NCBI GenBank assembly: GCA_032718475.1 | Contig: JAUCBJ010007326.1 | Coordinates: 1 to 44,142 of the forward strand | Length of the DNA: 44,142 bases | DNA from: Nemertoderma westbladi | Taxonomy: Eukaryota > Animalia > Xenacoelomorpha | Direction: 5' to 3' | Shown here: positions 12,780 through 22,309 of the stretch, piece after piece | How positions within the stretch are numbered: position 1 is the stretch's first letter | Layout of the letters: each line of letters begins with the position of its first letter | Translations under genes and position numbers: made by a program | Notes under the pieces: model-generated | What the model was told of the DNA's origin: nothing | Database searches by the model: none | The model's input: the letters and a program-made list of their open reading frames with translations, nothing else

Positions 12780-13918
12780 TGTAAAAGCTTTTGCGTAATT
12801 AGCCGGTTATTTTCCCCGTAAAGTACTCTGTAGTTGGTTTACTGGGCATAAAAAGGCCGTGTCCTTACTGTACTGGTGTTTTAGAGGACATAAAAGTCAT
12901 TTCTTCTGTATGTGTACTTTAGAGGACATAATCCGCAATTTCGTGACGCAATAAGCCGGATACTCTTGAAAACAGTGTGGCTACCATGACGACGGCTAAC
13001 AGCTGATATTGCCACGTCGAACATTTCTTTGTTCTTTGTTCTCTCTTTGTTCGGTCGACCAATCAGAGCGTTTTTTGTCTCTGTGTTGGAGGTTGGATAC
13101 AGAAACTCAGTAATTCAGTGTATATGTTTTTGCCCAGAGCCTAAGAACACCGGCTTTTGGCACCTCCGTGTTTCAGTCTTTAGCTTAACATTAGTAGGCT
13201 TAATTATAGAACGTATATCTGTTATCTAAACATATCATGCATATCTTACTTAACATTACTGCTTTTGCTGTCGGTTATTCATTATATTTGTTGATGGAAG
13301 ATTATATTTGGAATACTGATCAATAGTCAGACACCCCAATCTTCTTGATATACTAAAGGTTAGAGAGACCGGTTACATATAAACGATTGCGACTTATGTT
13401 AAGTGGTGTGAAGTGAATCTAATGCTATTTTATAGGCCCTACATGTATTGTCTGTTATTCTCTTTGTATGTGACTAAAATTAGTGAAGGTCGGCAGATTG
13501 GTGTGCAGCATTGTGCAGCATTGTGTATGATTGTGACTGATAACAAAGCATCTCCTAAAGAATGCGCCATATACGTGAATCTATAGCCATCTCATTGCGT
13601 CTGGTTTAAGTCATAACTCTGTTTACATATTTAGAGCGCCACGTCCTAAAGGAACTGTTAATATTTCCCGAAAGTGAATAATATTTGTCAGAGATTATAT
13701 ATTGCGATCAGTCGAATAATACAGTAGGCTTACACCATCAATCATTAAGCTTCCGAATTCAGTCTCCCGGGTATATCCAGCGGGTGAATGATTGCGCATA
13801 GACTGGCTTCGGCTAATGTAGTGTATCAAATACTCGTCATAGGCTAAAGACTATCTATCATCTAAAAGACATCCTAATTTGGCAGGTTAAACTGTCAAAG
13901 GTCTTAAAAGCGCAAACA
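12780..13918 (+). repeat. 5' LTR (1139 bp)
   Basis: TGTAAAAGC...GCGCAAACA; differs from the 3' LTR by about 11 substitutions and one 10-bp duplication (TTGTGCAGCA at 13511), counted by eye. Confidence 0.96.
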
Positions 13919-13929
13919 ATAACAGATAT
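13919..13929 (+). promoter_or_regulatory. Candidate self-priming primer-binding site
   Basis: ATAACAGATAT abuts the LTR, lacks the TGG of a tRNA PBS, and is the exact reverse complement of ATATCTGTTAT at 13215-13225. Confidence 0.7.
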
Positions 13930-14202
13930 TGCTTCTGGATTGCGGCGTAAGCAATCAAGTCGAAAGTACCGGTCGACCGGTAACCTGTACGGCCTGACTG
14001 CCTGATCCCACTCCCGAACCGGTACTTACAGTACAGGTACAGCAGTATTATTCGATTTGATAATTATATACCGGTAGGCCTTAATAATTAATCAGGGACT
14101 GGCCGCCCTGGTTTTTTATTGAGATTTTACTTGTTTCTGTCAGGTTTTATTTATTTGTAGGCCAGTATTGAGCAGAAGGCGTGTAAGCCTGCTCAGATTG
14201 TA

Positions 14203-14780
14203 CAGATAATTTGTAGGCTGGACTGTTGTCTGACTGTTGTTAGGTCTGAACGGATTGCAGTGTGTGTAGAGCGTCTGTCCGATAAAGTGCTGGTTAGGAA
14301 ATGTAGGGGCTTCCAGTGCTGTGAGGTAAATCCCCCAGTGAAAGAATAAGTCGTACTACTAGGTTAGAACGCATACTAACTAATCATTTCGGAGTCTGCA
14401 TGTCCTGTAGTTTATTTAGGCTTGATAGTAGTCTGCCAGCGTTTGGTCTGTACTTTGTTTGTGTAGTCTGTACGGGTAGCGTATAATTTTATTTAGATAA
14501 TTTGTAGGCTGGATAGTTGTCTGGCTGTTGTTGGGTTTGAGGAAATTTCGGTGTGTGTAGAGCATCTGTCCGATAAAGTGCTAGTTGGGAACGTAGGGGC
14601 TTCAAGTGCTGTGAGGTAAACCCCCTGTGAAAGAATAAGTCGTACTACTAGGTTAGAACGCATACTAACTAATCATTTCGGAGTCTGCATATACCGTAGT
14701 TTGTTTAGGCTTGATAGTAGTCTGTCAGTATTTGGTCTGCATTTTGTTTGAGTAGTTTGTACGCGTAGCGTAATATTTAT
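14203..14780 (+). repeat. Two ~291 bp tandem repeats in the retrotransposon leader
   Basis: AGATAATTTGTAGGCTGGA...GAAAGAATAAGTCGTACTACTAGGTTAGAACGCATAC... starts at ~14203 and again at ~14494. Confidence 0.9.
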
Positions 14781-16118
14781 TATTCAGAGTTTATGCGATT
14801 ATTCGCAACATTCATTCCCCAAGTTTATTCCTACAGTAATTGTGTTTGTTATACATACCGTTATAGTTAAACTAACCCCGGTACTACATCAGGGCTGCTC
14901 GGCGTAGGTAAAGACTGGAGATTTTATGCTTTGGTCACTCCGGCAGATACCGTGGTTCTTTTAGCTGTTCAAGTATTTTTAACTACTAATTATTTGTTGT
15001 ACAAGTACTTGTACCTAATTTAGGGTTTAGTGTACTGTACTTTCCGAAGGTGATTAGTGTGTAGGCAGTATATTTGTGTTGTAAAGTGGTTAATAGGCAC
15101 GTTGGTTCTGGTAGACCGCGGTAATTAATCTCTAGGTAGGAACACTCCGTGATACATAACGTAGTACCTATAGCGATACGGTTATAGGTCGTCAGGCGGT
15201 GGTATTTTCCTATCTGGACAACGCAGTATATTTACTACTACTTATTATTTTCAAATACCGTAGTAACCTGTCCGTTGTAATAACCAGATATTCTAACCCT
15301 TTGTTAGGCTGGTTAGTAGACTTCTTGTAAAATTACCCTAAAAATTCGTATTTGTGTATTTGTAATTAAATTTTTGTGTTTATTTAGAGATTGTAATCTC
15401 AACCCGAATTGTACGTAATTTGTAGTATTAAGTAACTTAGGTAAATTAGAATTATTTGTTTTAGTGTCTAACAAGTAGCACTCCACTGAGAGCGCACAGC
15501 TTATGTGTAGTGACTCCCCCAGAAATAATAACATTTATTTCAAACATTGACAAAACCCATTAAACGGGTATATATATATTATAAATCAACTCAAACGATT
15601 TATAAATAGTAGGCCTGCCATACAACAATTAGGTCTCAATATCAGTTGGACTACTGCTTAAATAATGGTAATAAAGTAAGTTAAAGTAACCAAGTAACCC
15701 TTAAAATTCAGAAATTCAATTATTCTAAAATAATTGATATACCGGTATTTACAATAGGCTTATTATCTTTATTTCTATAAATTTAGGCTGAAATTATACC
15801 GGTATTCTGTAATTAATTCTAGTCTGTAATTATACTTATATATACACATTATAAGTGTAAGCTGTATACCGGTATTCACGATAGGCCTATTATATATATA
15901 AATTTAGGCTGAAATCATACCGGTATTCTGTAATTAATTCTAGTTACTAATAATACTTATATATACTATAAGCATACCGGTATTCTAATATTATATATAT
16001 ATCACGCTACACTGAGTAGCAGTATCGGTAATTAATTACTAGGCTAGCAGTTAATGCTGAATTACTAGACTTGCTTAGACTGTAATATAGCAGTAGGCAT
16101 TCAACTGTGTAAACAAAC

Positions 16119-17613
16119 ATGTCTGATACTAAGCAGAACCTGTCAGACAGTTTATTAGATGTAACTATCTGCGACTCAGATAAGGGTGTAGAACCGTCTA
16201 CACCTAAGTTCAGTTCACCTCCCACTGTGAGGAAGGTCATCCCTCCAGTAGTAATAACAGAACCTAGGCTGGTCCAACATCGTAGGTCTATCATAGGCAC
16301 TCGAGCTCAGGTCAAGCGGGACCAAGAAGCAGCGGAACAGCAACAACCCGCGAGCCAAGAACTTATTTCTCAGCGGCCCGACAGCTCCAGTAGTGAGGAT
16401 ACTGTAGAGCTGACACCCGAGCGCGGAGCAAAGATGACGGATGCGGTTTATTCGGATCCCCTTCTCATCCTGCCTGCAGCCGTACTCACTAGGATATTGA
16501 TCGCGGTGGAAGAACACCAGATCGATTGGGCGAGAAGTCAGCGATCAACTAAAGATAGTTATGCGGGATACACAAGGGAAGAACTGAAGTCTATTGTCGA
16601 GTCGCAATGGAACTTCCCCGGACCCGGACTCCCGTTTGATTTATCAGAAGCTGCCTGGGAAGACATACACCGGATGGGAGTAACCAAGGAAACCATCGAT
16701 CCAGCTGTGTGGAAGAGGTCCGCAGCCGGATACGCACAGGGATTCTTCAGCTCTATGGAGCGAGTAGAAAGAACAACTGTTTCAACAACCCCAAGGACCT
16801 CAAGAGCAGGGACAACTGCTTTATCAAGTTAGAGAAAGAATTCTACGAATCAGGCTAATCTTATCGGCCTTTGAAGAGGCTTCTAAAAGAAGACAAGACA
16901 CGTCGTTGCAAGTTGCCGTAAAGACTTGGTTTCAGCGGGTGAGTCTCCAGGTTCAAGGAACAGCTCAGTGGAAAGCTCAGCTGGAGGAGCGCTCAACCCA
17001 TGGAGAATCAACAGACGCTACTTTTTCCCAAGTGGAAAGTGAAGCGACGGCAGAGAAACCGCATAAGAGGGATGCCATTGACATCTATCTGTCAGACTAT
17101 CAGCGTTTTTTAGGAGATGAAGAGTTGAGGAGAAGGTTAGATGGACTTAGCCCTAATAGTGAAGGAGCCCAGAGTGTGTTGGACGCAATTGATGTGGATA
17201 GGATAGCTGCGAACCAAGCTAAATTTGATGAAAGTATCCGCATCGCTAAGGTTCAAGAAGAACAAGTAAAGAAAAAACGTATAGAAGATAGAAAGACAGC
17301 AGCAGCGGCAGTGGCAGCGGCAGAAGCGGAAAGAAAAGCGGCAGAAGTGGATAGAAAAGCGGCAGAGGCAGCGGCAGAGGCAAAAGCGGCAGCGGCAGAG
17401 GCAAAAGCGGCAGCTGCAGCAGTAGAAGCCAAAAGAAAGGCGGCCGAAGCGGAAAGAAAAGTGGCAGCAGCAGAAGCGGAAAGAAAGGCGGCCGAAGCGG
17501 AAAGAAAAATAGCAGTGGCAGAAGCAGAACGGAGGGCATCTGAAGAGACAACCCAACTAGAGTTGGAAAATCTTCAAGAGAGACAAGACAACTTTAATAA
17601 ACTTTCCCAGTGT
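16119..17613 (+). CDS. gag: ORF1 / N-terminal Gag region with Ala-Glu-Lys coiled coil; one +1 frameshift near 16765
   Basis: ORF 16119-16832 joins the frame of 16906-17628 via EQLFQQ...RILRIRLILSAFEE if one base is removed. The helical region followed by AAEAERK repeats resembles BEL Gag N-termini. End placed at the predicted 5' splice site. Confidence 0.6.
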
Positions 17614-18633
17614 CTTTTCCCAGGGTAGCACTATTGGAATGGAGGTGTTACATCGGAATGGGCAGGTTCTGATGATTCTGTTGGTACTACTATTGGAATG
17701 GAGGTGGCACCCGGAATATCGGCTGCAAGGAGGGGTTGGTGTTGTAGTGTGGTCCGAGTGAATGATACTCTGGATTCTGTGGTGTGTGTGGACGATCAGT
17801 GGCAGTTTGCTTGAGCTTTCTGTTGCTGTGGGTACGTGGTATACGTGAGTGTATGTATGGGCACTGCGAGTGAGTATGGGAACCCTTCCCGGTTGGTTCA
17901 GTCGCCGCTGGTATTAGTAGGACCATATCTTTACTGCGCCCCAGCATACTTTGTGCACACTAAGTTATTTTGCCCTGACGGCAAAATAAGGTACTCTCGA
18001 CTCTTTTGACAGTCGATACAATTTTGTCCCCTCTGATTTTGTCCCCGATTTTGTCTTTCCCGATTATGTCCTCTGTGTGTGCATGGTATGTGTCAGATTT
18101 TGTGTTTACCGTAGTGTACTTGATATTGTGAACATCTGTTGAGTACACGTGTACAGTGACTGGTAAGTGGTTACTTGTTCCTAGCTTTCGAGCTAGTCAG
18201 TATTGTTTGCGGAACCGACTTCCCCTCAATACTGCCGGCGAGGCGGGTGAAAACGTGTCAATATTCCATGTTGGGTAGCGCAAGCCCACTTGGGACAAGA
18301 CCGTCGGTTTGGCTCAAGGGCGACCTTGATGCTCGATCGCTATCGACTGGTCCACCCGCCGGTTGACTCTCTGAGTTGGCTCAATGTACAGTCAGGCCAC
18401 AGTAAGTTGACAGTAGCCGACCATCTGGCTACACTGACGAGCTGTGCCGGTGTGATCGGGGGATTGAAAAGTGAACCCGGGAAGCATCGGGCTACCCTCC
18501 GGCCCGGTCTGATAAAAACATCAGTCGGACTGGCCCCAAGGGTAGTGGAAAAGCGTCCGCCTCGTGGGTGCGCCTCGGGGAGGAGCCCAGAAGGACGTAA
18601 GCGATACATCATCTGAGGAAGGTGATACCACCG
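17614..18633 (+). ncRNA. Group I self-splicing intron (ID-like core at 18242-18394; boundaries predicted)
   Basis: P3 GGCGGGTG (18242-49)/CACCCGCC (18353-60); P4 ACG[T]GTC/GACCGT; P5 with GCAA loop; P6 CGGTT/GATCG with TCAAGG-GCGA-CCTTGA; P7 T[C]GACTG (18343-49)/CAGTCA (18389-94); P8 GGTTGACTC/GAGTTGGCT; J8/7 CAATGTA; P1 with U17613-G17628 wobble; P10 CAGGGT/ATCCTG; terminal CCG at 18633. Confidence 0.82.
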
Positions 18634-18680
18634 ATCCTGAAGGCGGAGGAAATCGATCTCGCCTAAGCAGACGTAAAAGA

Positions 18681-21600
18681 ATGTCCCACCGTCAGAAATT
18701 GCCTGATTTGCCCCCAGCTGTTAGAAGGCAACTAAATAACACAGATTTAGGTAGTACAGAACCCACAGACCAAATAATTAAAATAAAAAGACTCCCTACT
18801 ATAGTAGATGAGCCTGAAATAATTAGGCCTGTTCTTGAAATCACCCCTTCGGTGATAGAGACACCTGTGCTCCCTGAACCTACCTCTAAATTCCCTCTGC
18901 ACAGCACTAAGCTACCTGTGCCCAGTAGAACAGCCCATGAGACAGTTCAGGTCCTGGACTCCGAGCGAAATATTCATGATTTGTCGCCCGTTGTCCCTCG
19001 TCCGCCCGCTACAACGTTGGCGAATCCCGCTTCGGCGGTCGAATGGGTGGATGAGAGACGATGGGGGATGGATCTCCTGCTCGGACAGATGCAGGAGACC
19101 GTTCAGCAATTCAAGGGCACAGTAAGGGAAAGTAGGTTAGAGTTGCAAGAAGTGCAGCAAAGTATCGCGCTAGAACGCGATAAATTAGTAAATACACAAA
19201 GGGGTATACCACCACCCCCTATAACAATGTGTCAACCTGTTAGGTCTGAAGTATCTCATGCGCAAGGTGTGGAGCCTACACGCATCTATACTGTTAGTGT
19301 TAGTGAAGTAGAAACTCCTATAGTAAACCCTATTAAGGGTAATTATAAACCTGTTGACAGTGATATTCCCTATAGACTTGATAATAATCCGAGAAATTTA
19401 TATACCAATAACTCGATATTAAATAATACGATGGCCCAAGAAAGTTTTACGCGTCAAATGGCTAGAACCGAAGCCCGTCAAGTGGTAAGGATGGGAGAGA
19501 TCGTCAAGTTCAATGGAGATGAGATGAAATGGTTACCTTTTAATGAATATTACAAAGATAACATACAGAACTTCGTGTTATCTAACGGAGAAAAGCTTAG
19601 ATTCCTCATCGAGTGCTTGGAGGGATCTCCCAAGTTAATGGCGTTAAAGTTTATTGGACATCCAGATGGATTAAGACAAGTTTGGGATACAATAAACATC
19701 AGGTATGGTAATAGGACTAACATAGCTAGGTATTTGTATGCAAAATTAATGGCGCCCCGAAAGTTTCTTAGCAGCGGGATTATAGAGTTTTCCGACGAAA
19801 TTCAGGAGATCTGTAGACAGCTAGATTGGTTAGGTAAGTCTCATGAATACCAGAATTCTATGGTTGTAGGAGCCTTAGCATCAACTCTGCCAAAGGGTGG
19901 AGTAGGTACACGCTGGGATAAGAAAGTGTTATATATGATGGAACAACAACAACGAGACCCTACCATGGCTGATCTCATGTCATTCTTGGATGGAGAAGTG
20001 AAATTACAGCTCCTAAAACTGTCCAGAGAGAAGACACCGGAAAACAAGGTAAGTGAAAAACCCGTCTCTAGGAGAAAGGTAACACCAGTGTGTTATACAG
20101 ACGACGGCGAAAGCCAGACTTCTCAAGGAGAGGATAGCGGGAAAGACACTGACAGATCTTATTATGTCAATAAAATGCCTAAAGATCAGGTAAGTAAATT
20201 CAAGTCTCGAACCAATGACAGGAGAGAACAGGTAAGAAAAACTCCTCCTACGTCTCCTAAGAGAATTCAAGTAAGAAAGCCCGAAGAAAGAACGAGTGTG
20301 CACAACGTTACTCAAAGTAAGGTAAGTAACATCAAACCAAAATGTGTGCTGTGCGACGGGCCCCACCGTTTGAATATGTGTGATAAATTCCTAAAGAAAT
20401 CATTAAAGGATAGATGTGAAGTCATGTGGGATAAGCGGTTGTGTTATAATTGCCTCAGACGAGGACACCAACGGCGAACCTGTTACTCCGACGCAAGGTG
20501 TGCAAAGTGCGGCGCAAAACATCATATCTTGTTGCACACGGAATTCGAACGAAACAGCCCGAGTCAGGTAAGTGAGTCCGAACTACATGTCCAATTCAGT
20601 GATGTGAACGACACTGACCAATATTCTGAGATGGAAGGATTCTATACGGACGAATTCTCCGACGAAAACGAATCCTGTTACCTGACAAATACCGCAGTGT
20701 ATCGAGCACTTACGTATGAAAAGGACACCGACAGCGAGCTCCCCCCAACTACTTCTGATCGACAACCATCTTGGAAAGCGCCACCTTCCAATGTAGGAAT
20801 CCGAGAATTTCCTGTAGTACAGGTAAGGGTCCACGGATCTAAAAGGAGTTATATAGTTAACGCCCTCCTTGACCCCGGTAGCACTGGAACATTCATCGAC
20901 AAAGAACTAGCCGAAGACATCTTTGCTGGACAACCCAAGTTCCGAACTAAGTTAAACATGTCAGGAATTATGCATGTTTGGAAATCTACAGTAATAGCGG
21001 ATTATTATGTAGGTGCGTTGTCCACCCCCCAGGATGAACTAGGAGAACACAGCATAAGGTCAGTAAAAATGGTGGCGATAAAGAACTTCGGTACCAGCCA
21101 ATTAGAGCCTTATAACTGGGATGAGGACGATTTCACCCAGCAGTTTGATATACCTAGATTCAACACCGATTACCCTGGAGTGCCAATACTCATCGGTCAA
21201 AATGCGCATGAAGCGCTCGAGACATTGGAGAAACGGCCTGCTCAACCGCAACCCCTACAAGCTTATGCGGGAAGAACTAGAGTGGGTTGGTACTTTACTG
21301 GCCCTTCCCGTAGAACTCTCATGGAAAGATTACCGAAAGACCAGGTATGTCAAGTGAGAGAATGGGAAGTCGAGAGCAGTGAGTTAGACGATCCAACTGA
21401 GGGAACACCATACTCCTCAGATAATGACGATATCAACTCCAATGTAGATCAATGGAGACATTGTCCCGAGACGATCAATCTAGCCGACATCGCTTCCAGA
21501 GGAGCAACTCCTCAAGAACTGATAGATACTCCAGCGTGGTTAGGTGGACCCGACTTCCTAAGTAAAGAAGATGAATGGCCTCCTCATCTTACCCCGGCTA

Positions 21601-21773
21601 AGATTAGACAGGCCAAGGGAGCGGGGAAAGTAACACAACAACTCAATCGCCCAGCTGGTCGTTTATGTTTACTGGAAAGAAACCGAAAACTGTCCGGAAA
21701 CTATGGAAGGCAAGATACTCTTCCCACGACCACCTCCCTAATCCAACAAATATCTAGGGACTCCATAACGTAA
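18681..21773 (+). CDS. gag-pro: BEL/Pao Gag (capsid, zinc knuckles) - aspartic protease, fused in frame to short RNase H-end and integrase C-terminal remnants
   Basis: Frame open from 18564, first ATG at 18681. KFNGDEMKWLPF...KLRFLIECLEG capsid region; CVLCDGPH..C, CYNCLRRGH..C, CAKCGAKHHILLH; ALLDPGS; RTRVGW; WRHCPETINLADIASRG...WLGGPDFL; RPAGRLCLLE. No RT or DDE core. Confidence 0.92.
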   Translation: MSHRQKLPDLPPAVRRQLNNTDLGSTEPTDQIIKIKRLPTIVDEPEIIRPVLEITPSVIETPVLPEPTSKFPLHSTKLPVPSRTAHETVQVLDSERNIHDLSPVVPRPPATTLANPASAVEWVDERRWGMDLLLGQMQETVQQFKGTVRESRLELQEVQQSIALERDKLVNTQRGIPPPPITMCQPVRSEVSHAQGVEPTRIYTVSVSEVETPIVNPIKGNYKPVDSDIPYRLDNNPRNLYTNNSILNNTMAQESFTRQMARTEARQVVRMGEIVKFNGDEMKWLPFNEYYKDNIQNFVLSNGEKLRFLIECLEGSPKLMALKFIGHPDGLRQVWDTINIRYGNRTNIARYLYAKLMAPRKFLSSGIIEFSDEIQEICRQLDWLGKSHEYQNSMVVGALASTLPKGGVGTRWDKKVLYMMEQQQRDPTMADLMSFLDGEVKLQLLKLSREKTPENKVSEKPVSRRKVTPVCYTDDGESQTSQGEDSGKDTDRSYYVNKMPKDQVSKFKSRTNDRREQVRKTPPTSPKRIQVRKPEERTSVHNVTQSKVSNIKPKCVLCDGPHRLNMCDKFLKKSLKDRCEVMWDKRLCYNCLRRGHQRRTCYSDARCAKCGAKHHILLHTEFERNSPSQVSESELHVQFSDVNDTDQYSEMEGFYTDEFSDENESCYLTNTAVYRALTYEKDTDSELPPTTSDRQPSWKAPPSNVGIREFPVVQVRVHGSKRSYIVNALLDPGSTGTFIDKELAEDIFAGQPKFRTKLNMSGIMHVWKSTVIADYYVGALSTPQDELGEHSIRSVKMVAIKNFGTSQLEPYNWDEDDFTQQFDIPRFNTDYPGVPILIGQNAHEALETLEKRPAQPQPLQAYAGRTRVGWYFTGPSRRTLMERLPKDQVCQVREWEVESSELDDPTEGTPYSSDNDDINSNVDQWRHCPETINLADIASRGATPQELIDTPAWLGGPDFLSKEDEWPPHLTPAKIRQAKGAGKVTQQLNRPAGRLCLLERNRKLSGNYGRQDTLPTTTSLIQQISRDSIT

Positions 21774-22309
21774 CAACATACGGAGTGGGTGTGTGACTAT
21801 ATTATTTTATATTTATTTTTATTATTTTATATTATGTATGTATTATTATGTAATTTTATTATAATCGTTTTAATTAATTTTATTTAGTAGCATGTTATTT
21901 TAGCGATTATTTAGTAGATTAGTGCAATATATTCGCGTTTATTACGTAATTACTTATATTATATATTTAGTGCGACGGCGAGAAATAATTATTTTTCTCT
22001 TTCCTTACTGTCCGTATTACATTATAAATACGTAACTACAGTAAGATGAAATGTCCGTACTTATTAAAGTACAATAAAGCCACTACTATATTCAAGTATT
22101 ATTGGTAGGCAGAGTATTAGGAATGCAAAGTTCAGATCCTCGTGTCTCGGCTAAACCAAGCTCTGGGTAGACCACGACTTGCCTCTTCTCACTGACATTG
22201 CTTCGTGCGATATTGCTCTCATACCGTATATTAAATAATACATATAGTAGCGTGATGTCCCTTTAACAGTAGCATATAACGCAAAATAAATCTGTTAAAC
22301 CCTTTGACC

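Noticed and set aside
13029-13229. 66-aa ORF repeated at 25259, and the 70-73 aa ORFs repeated in the trimer
   Set aside because: They recur only because the DNA is repeated; they have no motifs and some copies are disrupted.
17137-17556. Cys/Phe-rich and Leu/Pro-rich minus-strand ORFs, and TolA-like appearance of the plus ORF
   Set aside because: The minus ORFs are antisense shadows of the GCN/GAA repeat, and the TolA resemblance is compositional only.
18410-18475. Hammerhead ribozyme (CTGACGA at 18434, GAAA at 18466)
   Set aside because: Stem II does not close next to GAAA and there is no suitably placed UH cleavage site; the region fits P9 extensions better.
17611-18590. Nested solo LTR with a CCCAG target duplication
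   Set aside because: It starts TGT and its removal restores the frame, but it does not end in CA and it contains a group I core; kept only as an alternative boundary.
17610-18601. Spliceosomal or group II intron explanation for the gag interruption
   Set aside because: GT/AG pairs that restore the frame lack a polypyrimidine tract, and there is no GTGYG start or recognisable domain V.
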